A DNA stretch of 62,377 bases from contig JASFQK010000041.1 of assembly GCA_050115495.1 (NCBI GenBank), positions 1 to 62,377 on the forward strand. The letters run 5' to 3'. The position numbers and the translations under genes are program-made. This document shows positions 8,568 through 17,017 of the stretch, one piece after another (position 1 is the stretch's first letter; each line of letters opens with the position of its first letter). Below the pieces are notes generated by a model. The model ran no database searches. It was not told the DNA's origin and saw only the letters and a list, made by a program, of their open reading frames with translations. This stretch comes from Phycisphaerae bacterium. GTDB taxonomy: Bacteria; Planctomycetota; Phycisphaerae; UBA1845; Fen-1342.

Positions 8568-10595
8568 TCACTTGTCGCCGTCCGGGTCTGGTGGCGGTGT
8601 CCGCGCCGCGGAGAGCTGCGCGTGCCCGGGCGGCATCGGCACATAGGGCGCCAGCCGCCGGTGATCAGTGTCCTGGAATTCCCGATGGCAAAAGTCGCAT
8701 CGCCAGAACTCGACGCCGTAGACGTCCGGCTGCTCGTGGGCCATCTGCTCGTGGCACGTTATGCACAGGCCGTGCATGGCCTCCATGTACCCCGGGGCGA
8801 ATCCGGTCAGGCCGGCCTCGGTGGTGGGAACAACCGACCCCTCCACCACCATGTCTCCGTGGCATTCCCAGCAGGCTCGGGAAGTCTCGCGGGATTTGCG
8901 GCGGGTATCCGTCTGGTGGCAGACGGCGCACGCCGCATTGCCGCCCAGCTTGCGGGCGTGCAGCGTGTGATCGAACGTGTCGGTCGTCTCGTACATGTCG
9001 CGGTGACACTGATGACAGGCGGTGTTCTGATCGAAGGTCATGTTCTGGTGGTGGCAGAGGCGGCACGATTCGCGCTGGCCGAGGGCGGCCACGTGGTCGT
9101 CGTGCGTGAAGGCGACGAAGCGCCAGTTGCGGTTGCCGTCGATCATCACCACGGTCACCGGCCGTGAGCCCTCCGCCACCGGAGCTTCGCCCGCCAGCGA
9201 CGACAGGTGGAACTGGCGGCGGAGCGGGCCGTCCACGTCGATCGCCAGGGCCTCGACGGTCCTCGACGGGGAAACGGGCGTCGGCCGCGGGTGCGGTCCG
9301 AAGATCGCCTCGCGCGGGAGGAAGCCGATCGCCACCGCGGCGGCGATGATGAAGACCAGCGAGTGCCGCTTCAGGGCGGGCGTGAAGGAGAGTTCATCGA
9401 GACTCGCGATCGGGCGGCGTTGGCGCTCGCGGGGCGGGGCCACGGGCGTACGGTCGCCCTCCCCTGCCGGATGGTGCGCGATGATCCGGAGATTCTCGTT
9501 GAAGAAGATGAAGACGAGCGCTGCGCCCGAGACGATGCCGACGCTGACCGCCAATTCGATCCAGGTTGGGAAGTAGGGCATGTTCTCCGGGCGAGCGAAG
9601 GCGACGATGCAGGTGTCGAAGCGATAGCCGATGACGCCCAGCACGGTCATCGTCGAGCAGGTGGCCAGACCGGGGATGCTGGAGCGAATGCGGCGCCAGG
9701 CGAGCAGCGTGGCCGGTATTACGGCGCTGACGAGCAGCTCGACCAGGAACAGGCCGGCCTGCCAGGAGCCGTCGAGGGCCAGCATCAGCTTGTGGCGGTA
9801 GTACAGGTCGCCCAGGCGCAGCAGGACGTACACCGTCAGCACCAGGGAGGCCAGACGACCCAGGCCGGCCAGCAGATCAGTGCGTACCTCGTGGCCGAAG
9901 AGCCAGGCCGACACCAGTGATTCGAGCGTGACCATCATCAGGCCAAGCCCGATCGCGGACACGAGGAAGAGCAGCCACATGATCGGGCTGTACCAGAGGG
10001 GGTGCACGCGGAAAGGCTGGATCAGGAACAGCGAACCCAGCGAGGACTGGTGCAGGCACGACAGGACAATGCCGGCGATCACCAGCGGGATGGTCAGCCC
10101 CTTGATGATCCGCAGCAGCTTCTGAAACAAGGGGCGATGGAAGAGCGGGTGTTCGAGAATGGCGGGGCTGAACTCCAGGGCCAGCACCGTAAGGTAGAGC
10201 ATGACGCACATGGCCACTTCGAAGAGCACGGAGTGGTGCTGCGGCATGATCATCGGGTGCCAGATGTGCCAGGGCAGGCCCAGGTCGTAGAGCAGGCCGA
10301 CCGCTACGGCGATGTAGCCGAGCAGCGCCGTCAGGATTGCCGGGCGGGCGAACGGGTGATACTTCTGGAGGCCGAAGATGTAGACGGTGGCGGCGATCAC
10401 AAATCCGCCGGCGGCCAGGGCCACGCCGGCCATGACGTCGAAAGCGATCCAGAAACCCCAGGGGGCAACGTCGGTCAGCGCGCTGGTGGCGCCCAGACCA
10501 TGGGTGAAGCGGGCCACCGTGACGACCACCCAAACGCCCATCGCGGCCCAGAGGATGGTCTTGACGCGTTCCAGCGTTCGATTGGCGGTCGCCAT
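8568..10595 (-). CDS. NrfD/HybB/HmcC-family membrane subunit fused to a C-terminal 6-heme cytochrome c3-like domain
   Basis: PWGFWIAFDVMAGVALAAGG, YDLGLPWHIW, LHQSSLGSLF and HPLWYS are NrfD/HybB motifs; after a further TM helix come CRLCH, CHQCH, CAVCH, CWECH, CITCH and CDFCH. Confidence 0.93.
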   Translation of the reverse strand: MATANRTLERVKTILWAAMGVWVVVTVARFTHGLGATSALTDVAPWGFWIAFDVMAGVALAAGGFVIAATVYIFGLQKYHPFARPAILTALLGYIAVAVGLLYDLGLPWHIWHPMIMPQHHSVLFEVAMCVMLYLTVLALEFSPAILEHPLFHRPLFQKLLRIIKGLTIPLVIAGIVLSCLHQSSLGSLFLIQPFRVHPLWYSPIMWLLFLVSAIGLGLMMVTLESLVSAWLFGHEVRTDLLAGLGRLASLVLTVYVLLRLGDLYYRHKLMLALDGSWQAGLFLVELLVSAVIPATLLAWRRIRSSIPGLATCSTMTVLGVIGYRFDTCIVAFARPENMPYFPTWIELAVSVGIVSGAALVFIFFNENLRIIAHHPAGEGDRTPVAPPRERQRRPIASLDELSFTPALKRHSLVFIIAAAVAIGFLPREAIFGPHPRPTPVSPSRTVEALAIDVDGPLRRQFHLSSLAGEAPVAEGSRPVTVVMIDGNRNWRFVAFTHDDHVAALGQRESCRLCHHQNMTFDQNTACHQCHRDMYETTDTFDHTLHARKLGGNAACAVCHQTDTRRKSRETSRACWECHGDMVVEGSVVPTTEAGLTGFAPGYMEAMHGLCITCHEQMAHEQPDVYGVEFWRCDFCHREFQDTDHRRLAPYVPMPPGHAQLSAARTPPPDPDGDK

Positions 10596-10602
10596 GTTCA
10601 GC

Positions 10603-11433
10603 TCAGTCTTCCGATGCCTCGCGTGCGGCAGCTTCCGCCGCCTCGGCCTGGAGCTTCATCCGCCGCCCGATCACCCAGTAGATGACGGACATGGTCGTGG
10701 CCACACCGAGCGCGAGCGGCGGCACCTTCGTCAGCGCGCCCCAGGTCAGGGCGGGAATCGGCTGGTCCCCGAGGTTGGGATTCCAGCCCAGGAAGTCGAG
10801 CGAGATGTCGGAGATGTACAACACCGACGTGCCGCCGACTTCGTTCCAGCCCCAGAACTCCGGTTCGGACTCGTCCGGCTTCGTGAAGTACTTGCCCGGG
10901 TTGGCGGCAAACCGCGCCATGGCGATCTCGTACATCTCTGCCCGCGTGCCGAAGATCGTGGCCTCGTAGGGGCAGGCCTCGACGCACGCCGGCCGGGCGC
11001 CCTCCTTGATGCGGTCGTAGCAGAGGATGCACTTGCGCACGTACGGGACCGGGCTTTCCCACTTGTAGCGGGGAATGCCATAAGGGCAGGCCATCATGCA
11101 GTACCGGCAACCCATGCAGCGGTCTTCATCGTAGATCACCGGGCCGATGTCGGTTTTCTGCAACGCGCCCACCAGGCAGGCGGAAACACAGGCCGGCTCG
11201 AGGCAGTGGCGACATTGCTGTCGGACGTGGTGGCTGCCGGGGCGCGTGATGATGGTCGTGAAGCGCGTCGAGGAGAGGTCGTCGACCTTGCGTTTCCAGC
11301 GCCAGGCCCGGTCGCGGCCCAGTCCGTAAGTCTGCTTGCAGGCGTGTACACAGGTCTCGCAGCCGGTGCACAGCGTCGTGTCCGTCAGGATCGCGAAGCG
11401 CTTATGGTCTTCGGGCTTGACTTCGTATTTCAT
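10603..11433 (-). CDS. HybA/HmcB/NrfC-family 4x[4Fe-4S] ferredoxin subunit with C-terminal TM anchor
   Basis: Start ATG 11433 overlaps the upstream stop (TGATG); motifs CTGCETCVHAC, CRHCLEPACVSAC, CMGCRYCMMACP and CILC...ACVEACP; C-terminal hydrophobic helix followed by RR. Confidence 0.93.
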   Translation of the reverse strand: MKYEVKPEDHKRFAILTDTTLCTGCETCVHACKQTYGLGRDRAWRWKRKVDDLSSTRFTTIITRPGSHHVRQQCRHCLEPACVSACLVGALQKTDIGPVIYDEDRCMGCRYCMMACPYGIPRYKWESPVPYVRKCILCYDRIKEGARPACVEACPYEATIFGTRAEMYEIAMARFAANPGKYFTKPDESEPEFWGWNEVGGTSVLYISDISLDFLGWNPNLGDQPIPALTWGALTKVPPLALGVATTMSVIYWVIGRRMKLQAEAAEAAAREASED

Positions 11434-12179
11434 CAGTGCACTTCGCTTCCTTCGACCGGGGCCGGCTCCGGGCGCCCGGATACGTACGGTCTGAGCCACA
11501 CGGTCTCGGGCACGACGCGAGACAGTGGCGTGTGCATGCAAGACAACATGCGGGTAAACGGCAACAACACGAAGACCAGCGCTGCGCTGAGCAGGTGGAC
11601 CAGGAGCACGACGTGATAGTCCACCGGGCTCCACGTGGGATGCATGGCCAGCAGGCCGGTGATGAACGGCAGAATCAGGATCAGCGGCTTGATGAAGCTC
11701 CACGGCGGCTCAATGGCCCGCAGCACGGGCGAATAGAGCCGTCCCAGAAACAGCAACACACCGGCGACCACGGTCACGAGCGCCAGCACATCAGCCACGC
11801 CGCTCGGCAGTGCCGGCCAGGCGATACCGATGCCGCGCTCCCACAGATACACGTGGGCCATCATGAAGGCCGGCACGAGCAGTGCGCCGAGCCGGAAGAT
11901 CAGCGATAGCATGCACAAGCACAGATGAAAGGCGAACATGCCCGCAGAGCCCCCCGGCCGCACCTGGCGCAGCACGACGCTGGGCACGAAGAACCATAGG
12001 AGATGCTGGCGGAAACGGCGCCAGAAGACGGGTCGCGGCTCGATGGTCAGGTAGGCAGCCAGCGTATCCGAGAGGGTCAGGGCCACGTTCCGCAACAGGC
12101 CCAGCACCATCAGGGCGAACGAGAACCTGAACAGCGGCCCCCCGGCGAAGTCGAGCAGGCGCTGGACGGTATCGTCCAC
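11433..12179 (-). CDS. NarI/HmcE-like integral membrane cytochrome b subunit
   Basis: 248 aa, about 5-6 TM helices; LLDFAGGPLFRFSF start, AH..LW and H.LS...PF motifs of the NarI/HmcE/DsrM group. Confidence 0.82.
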   Translation of the reverse strand: MDDTVQRLLDFAGGPLFRFSFALMVLGLLRNVALTLSDTLAAYLTIEPRPVFWRRFRQHLLWFFVPSVVLRQVRPGGSAGMFAFHLCLCMLSLIFRLGALLVPAFMMAHVYLWERGIGIAWPALPSGVADVLALVTVVAGVLLFLGRLYSPVLRAIEPPWSFIKPLILILPFITGLLAMHPTWSPVDYHVVLLVHLLSAALVFVLLPFTRMLSCMHTPLSRVVPETVWLRPYVSGRPEPAPVEGSEVH

Positions 12180-12215
12180 GAGGCTGTCTCCCGTGCGTGG
12201 GCCGGTCGAGACTCG

Positions 12216-12614
12216 CTAGCCACCAGGGAAATCTGCGGGCGCTTCCGCAGTCTGCCGGATCTCCCGCAGCACGTCCTCTCGATCACGTGGCTGCGGCGGG
12301 TGAGGCTCGCTCAGCAGCCGAACCAATCCCTGGACCAACGTCGGCCGCAGGAGGTAGTAGCAGCGCAGGGGGCCGTTCGTATGGCACCCGACCAGCTCGA
12401 GCTTCCGCAGAGCCGCCATGTGTTGCGAGAGACGCGGCTGAGAGATCGGAACCCGGGCGTTGAGGTCCTTGACGCACTGGCTGCGTTCGGCGAGCGCTTC
12501 GAGGATCATCAGGCGGATAGGGTGCGCCACGATCCGGAGCAACTGCACGCACTCTTCGCGATTGCGTTCACGCTCCCGTTCACCATCCGTCCTCGTTGCC
12601 AGCACCGCTGCCAT
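12216..12614 (-). CDS. ArsR/SmtB-family transcriptional repressor
   Basis: AHPIRLMILEAL...CVKDL...ISQPRLSQHMAALR winged-helix signature; AAGG RBS. Confidence 0.92.
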   Translation of the reverse strand: MAAVLATRTDGERERERNREECVQLLRIVAHPIRLMILEALAERSQCVKDLNARVPISQPRLSQHMAALRKLELVGCHTNGPLRCYYLLRPTLVQGLVRLLSEPHPPQPRDREDVLREIRQTAEAPADFPGG

Positions 12615-12667
12615 CCTTGGCGGTCGCCCGCGAAATCAGGCCGACACACTCTAAATATCGGACAGGC

Positions 12668-12696
12668 ATCATATTACGTTTAATTAATATTGTCTA
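12668..12696 (-). promoter_or_regulatory. sigma70 promoter with overlapping inverted-repeat operator
   Basis: Minus strand TAGACA-N17-TATGAT in a sharply AT-rich patch; ATATTA-N8-TAATAT (12671-12690) fills the spacer and overlaps the -10. Confidence 0.72.
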
Positions 12697-12872
12697 TAGA
12701 GAATATTCCGAATCCTGCACATATGGCGAGGGCTCGGATCCGGAATGACGTTAATACGTTGGCTTTGCAGAGCTTCCACGCGTCGGGCCGCCGGCGCTCC
12801 TGAACGCTGAGGCGCGCTGCCGCTAACTCCCAATTCTTGTTCGGTTTACGACAGTCGGTCGCCGTCGTGGAT

Positions 12873-14555
12873 TCACGGCGAGGGGGTTTGTTCCCAGGTG
12901 ACGCCGGTCTGACCGAGGAGAACGCCGCAGGCGAAGGCGATATCCACTTGCGAGACTTCGTAGGCGGCCAGGGCCTGGATTTCGCGGGACTGGGCGGAGG
13001 CGAGCCGGGCCGCGGCTTCTAGGACGTCGGTGCTCGTGCGCAGACCTACCTCGAACTGGCGTTTCTCGGCTTCATAGGTACGTCCCGCCAGGACGACTTC
13101 CTGCCGGGCGGCGAGGATGCGTTGCCAGTCCTGCTCCAGGCCGTCCACCGCGTCGTAGACCTCCTGGCGGATGGCCAGCCGGCGCTGCTCGCGCGTGGCC
13201 AGCCGCTGGACGCGTTCGAGCATCGCCCGGCGCACGCGGGAGCGGGCGGCCTCGTTTCCGAGCGGGATCTCGGCGCGCAACGACAGCGTGTGATCGCCGT
13301 AGCGGTGACCGTCGGTGTCACGGAAGGCTTCGTGGAAGCTGCCGCCGACGCCGGCGGTCTGGTAAGTGTAGTCCAGCACGAACAGCGGCAGCGCGGCGTT
13401 GCGCTCGAAGTCGATCGAGCTGTCGTCGATCGCCAACTGTAACTCCAACTCGAGCAGCTCCATCCGCTCGGCGACGGCGTAGTCGGCCAGGCCCTCGGCA
13501 TCGAGCGTCAGCCCTACCGGGTCGGGGTCGGTGGTCGGGACCAGTGTCGTCGGCGAGTTCAGCGGCAGGTCGGCACGGTTCATCATGCGCTTCAGGTCGC
13601 GCTCGCGGCGGCGCAGCGACGTCCGGGCGATGATGATCGCTTCGAGCCGCGAGGCCACGCCGGACTCGGCCCGCATGATCTCGATTTCGGGCGAGTCGCC
13701 GGCGGCGACACGCTTGCGGGCGTCGCTGAGCTGCTGGAGCGCCAATTCGTGCTGCTGCTGCACGACCTCCAACTCGCGGCGGCCGGCGTAGACCAGCCAG
13801 TACGCCCGGTCCGCATTGGCCAGGATGCGGATGGCGGCCAGCTTGGTGCGGGCGCCGGCGATGTCGCGCTGGTACCGGGCGACACGGATGGTGTGCGTGT
13901 TGGCGCGAAAGCCGGCGTTGCGTAACAACGGCTGGCTGATTGAGAACTTCAGGCCGGCGTCATAGACGGGATCGTACGCGTAGCCGTTTTCCTGCGAGGC
14001 GCCGTGCGTGTTCTGCTGGTCGTTGGCGTAGGAGGCGGGCATGCTGAGCGTGATCTCGCCGCCGGTCGGCAAGGGGACTTTGAGGCCGGCCTCGCCCTGC
14101 GTCGTGCTCCACTCCTGCGGCACGCCATCCACGACGCTGGACGGCTCGTCGATGCGCCCGTGTTCGAGCGAGCCGAACAGCAGGGCCTCGAACCGCGCCC
14201 GGGCCTCGGAGATCGACTGCTCGGCGATCGTCGGCGTGACCAGCTCGACCTTCAAATCGAGGTTGCTGGCGAGGGCGGAGGCGCGGACTTCGTCGAGCGA
14301 CAGCTCAAGGCTGGCCGCCGGCTGCGAGGTCGGGGCCAGTTGCGCTGCGGCCTCGGTCGTGGCTTGTTCGACGGAGACAGGTGGCGCCTGCGACATGTCC
14401 TTGAGCCGCATGGCCAGGACTTCGTGCGTGTCCTGCGGCGGTGGACGATAACCGTCCGGTGCCGGCAGGCGACAGCCGAGGACGCAGAGCCCCATCGCCG
14501 CGCCGAGTGCGGCCAGATGCCGGATCGTGAGACGTCGTCTGTTCGTTACTCGCAT
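12873..14555 (-). CDS. TolC-family outer-membrane efflux protein (probable lipoprotein)
   Basis: Two OEP-like coiled-coil halves (FSISQPLLRNAG; EKRQFEVGLRTSTDVLEA); lipobox-like VLGC; start overlaps the end of P13. Confidence 0.93.
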   Translation of the reverse strand: MRVTNRRRLTIRHLAALGAAMGLCVLGCRLPAPDGYRPPPQDTHEVLAMRLKDMSQAPPVSVEQATTEAAAQLAPTSQPAASLELSLDEVRASALASNLDLKVELVTPTIAEQSISEARARFEALLFGSLEHGRIDEPSSVVDGVPQEWSTTQGEAGLKVPLPTGGEITLSMPASYANDQQNTHGASQENGYAYDPVYDAGLKFSISQPLLRNAGFRANTHTIRVARYQRDIAGARTKLAAIRILANADRAYWLVYAGRRELEVVQQQHELALQQLSDARKRVAAGDSPEIEIMRAESGVASRLEAIIIARTSLRRRERDLKRMMNRADLPLNSPTTLVPTTDPDPVGLTLDAEGLADYAVAERMELLELELQLAIDDSSIDFERNAALPLFVLDYTYQTAGVGGSFHEAFRDTDGHRYGDHTLSLRAEIPLGNEAARSRVRRAMLERVQRLATREQRRLAIRQEVYDAVDGLEQDWQRILAARQEVVLAGRTYEAEKRQFEVGLRTSTDVLEAAARLASAQSREIQALAAYEVSQVDIAFACGVLLGQTGVTWEQTPSP

Positions 14556-17008
14556 CGCAGCGCCACCATCGGATCGACCTCCGTTGCCCGGCGAGCCGGG
14601 ATATAGCTGGCAACAAGCCCCACCAGGAGCAGCGTGACGCCGGCGCCGATGAGCGTGAGCAGGTCGGTCGGCGACACGCCGTACAACAGTGTCCGCAGGC
14701 CCTTACCCAGGAGGAGCGCCAGGCCAACGCCGGCGAGAATGCCGGTCACGGTCAGCATCATGGAACGCCGCGCGACCAGGCGCAGCACATCACCTGGACG
14801 AGCGCCCACCGCCACGCGAATGCCGATCTCGTGCGTACGCTGGCCGACCGCATGGGCCATCGTACCGTACAGCCCGACGCCGGCCAGAAGGAGCGCGATG
14901 ACCGCGAACGCGGTCAGCAGGCCCGCGAGGATCCCGCCCGGGCGAAACTCGTCGAAGACGATGTCGTTCATCGCGCGTACGCGGTACACGGCCAGTTCCG
15001 GATCGATATCCCAGATGGCTTCCTGCACGTCTCGTGCCGCGCCGAGCGGCGGGCCGGCGGTGCGCACGGCGAACGACATCCGGCTCGCCGGCACCTGGGC
15101 ATGCGGACGGTACGTTTCCAGGCGTGTTTCGCGGGTCACGCCGCGCTGCTTCACGTCGCCCACAACGCCAACCACGGTCAGCCAGGGCCCTTCCGCATCG
15201 CGGGCCCCGTACTTGAGGCGCTTGCCGACGGCGGACTGACCCGGCCAGAACCGCTGCGCCAGCGTCCGGTTCACGATCACGACGCTCTGCGCCGCCACGT
15301 CGTCGAGTTCCGTGAAGTCGCGCCCTTCGAGCAAGGGAATGCCCATCGTCGCGAAGTACTCCGGCGTCACGGTGATTCGTCCGAGGAAGATCTCGCCGCG
15401 CGGGTGTCGTTCCACGTGCTCCTCGATCGTCGCGTAGGACCAGATGTCGAGCCCGTCGCAGGGCAGCGTGGAGATGGCGGCGGCGGCTGTAACGCCGGGC
15501 AGGGCACGGATCTCGTCCACAGCTCGCTCAACGAACGTGACCCGCCGCTCGGCGTCCCCGTACCGCTCCGGCGGCAGTTGCGTCCGCATGGTCAGGAGCT
15601 GTCGCGCATCGAAGCCGGGATCGGCCCCCAGCAGTCGCATGAAGCTCCTGGCCGTCAGGCCGGCCGACGCGGTCAGACCCATCGCCAAAGCGATCTGGCC
15701 GACGATGAGGGCGTCCACGGGCAGCCACCGCGCTCGGCCGATGGGCCGCGACGGTGACGCGTCGCGGAACATGTCACTGAGGCGAACGCGGCCGCTGCGC
15801 AGCGCCGGGACGAGACCGGCCGCGAGCATTGCGACACACGACAACCCGAGCGTCACGAGGAGTGCCGTTCGGTCAACGGCGATCTCGTTCTTGCGCGGGA
15901 CCACGTCGGGCAGATGCGTCACGAGAAGCGCCACACCCCAAGCCGCCAGCAGTGCGCCCAGCAGGCCGCCCGCCAGTGACAGGACGGCACACTCCGTGAG
16001 CATCTGGCGAATCAAACGTCCGCGGCTGGCCCCGAGCGCGGCCCGGATGACATACTCGCGTGCCTGGGTCTGACCGCGGGCGAGCAGCAGATTCGCCACG
16101 TTCACGCAGGCGATCAGCAGCACGAAGGCCACGGCCGCGGTCAACACCGTCAGGGCCTGTTTGACTTCCCGCCCGGCGATGGTGTCCAGGAGGGGCATGA
16201 CGTTAACGGTGTACCCCGTGTTCGAGTCGGGGTAGGTTTCGGCGAGGCTCGCGGCGATAGCTTCCAATTCCGCCCTGGCGCCCGCGACGCTGACGCCGGG
16301 TCGCAGCCGCCCGATCGCGTGGTACGAGCGATCCGCGCGGTTGTAGTCACCGGCGGCGAAGGCGAAAGGCACCCAGACGTCGAAGGGCTCCCAGATCTGA
16401 TCGAACCGCCCCCACGCTCGGCTGAACTCCGGCGGGAGCACGCCGAGGACTTCGTAAGGCATGCCGTCGAGCAGGATGGTCTGGCCGACGATTTGTGGAT
16501 TGGCGGCGAAGCGCCGCCGCCAGAAGCCGTCCGACAGCAACGCAACACGCTCGTGTCCGGGAAGGTCTTCGTCCGGCCCGAAGATACGGCCGATCCGGGC
16601 CTCGAAGCCCAGCACCGGCAGCAAGCTGGCGGAAGCGCGGGCGGCGATCACGCGTTCCGGGCGATCGCCGCCGGTGAGGTTGTAGCTCGTGTACGTGCAA
16701 ATGCCCATGTCGATGAAGGAGCGGCTCCGGGCGCGCCAGTCCACGAAATCGTTGGCGGAGACATTCGAGCGGTCCCAGCCTTCGGTGGGCTGAGCGGCCT
16801 GAAGCGTGGCGTTGGCCGAGAAGATACCGACGAGCCGGTCCGCCTCCGGATATCCGAGCGGCCGGAGCAGAATACCGTTGACGATGCTGAATACGGCGGT
16901 GCACGCGCCGATACCGATGGCCAGCGTCACGACGACCACCGCCGTAAAGCCCGGCCGTTTCGCCAGCGTGCGTACCGCGTAGCGCAGATCCTGGAGCACG
17001 TTGCTCAC
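14546..17008 (-). CDS. double MacB/FtsX ABC permease P13 (ADOP-like)
   Basis: 820 aa; LQDLRYA..PGF..TLAIGIG, LLIACVNVANLLL, RTHEIGIR and DPMVALRCE motifs. Confidence 0.95.
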   Translation of the reverse strand: MSNVLQDLRYAVRTLAKRPGFTAVVVVTLAIGIGACTAVFSIVNGILLRPLGYPEADRLVGIFSANATLQAAQPTEGWDRSNVSANDFVDWRARSRSFIDMGICTYTSYNLTGGDRPERVIAARASASLLPVLGFEARIGRIFGPDEDLPGHERVALLSDGFWRRRFAANPQIVGQTILLDGMPYEVLGVLPPEFSRAWGRFDQIWEPFDVWVPFAFAAGDYNRADRSYHAIGRLRPGVSVAGARAELEAIAASLAETYPDSNTGYTVNVMPLLDTIAGREVKQALTVLTAAVAFVLLIACVNVANLLLARGQTQAREYVIRAALGASRGRLIRQMLTECAVLSLAGGLLGALLAAWGVALLVTHLPDVVPRKNEIAVDRTALLVTLGLSCVAMLAAGLVPALRSGRVRLSDMFRDASPSRPIGRARWLPVDALIVGQIALAMGLTASAGLTARSFMRLLGADPGFDARQLLTMRTQLPPERYGDAERRVTFVERAVDEIRALPGVTAAAAISTLPCDGLDIWSYATIEEHVERHPRGEIFLGRITVTPEYFATMGIPLLEGRDFTELDDVAAQSVVIVNRTLAQRFWPGQSAVGKRLKYGARDAEGPWLTVVGVVGDVKQRGVTRETRLETYRPHAQVPASRMSFAVRTAGPPLGAARDVQEAIWDIDPELAVYRVRAMNDIVFDEFRPGGILAGLLTAFAVIALLLAGVGLYGTMAHAVGQRTHEIGIRVAVGARPGDVLRLVARRSMMLTVTGILAGVGLALLLGKGLRTLLYGVSPTDLLTLIGAGVTLLLVGLVASYIPARRATEVDPMVALRCE

Positions 17009-17017
17009 GCTCGACTC

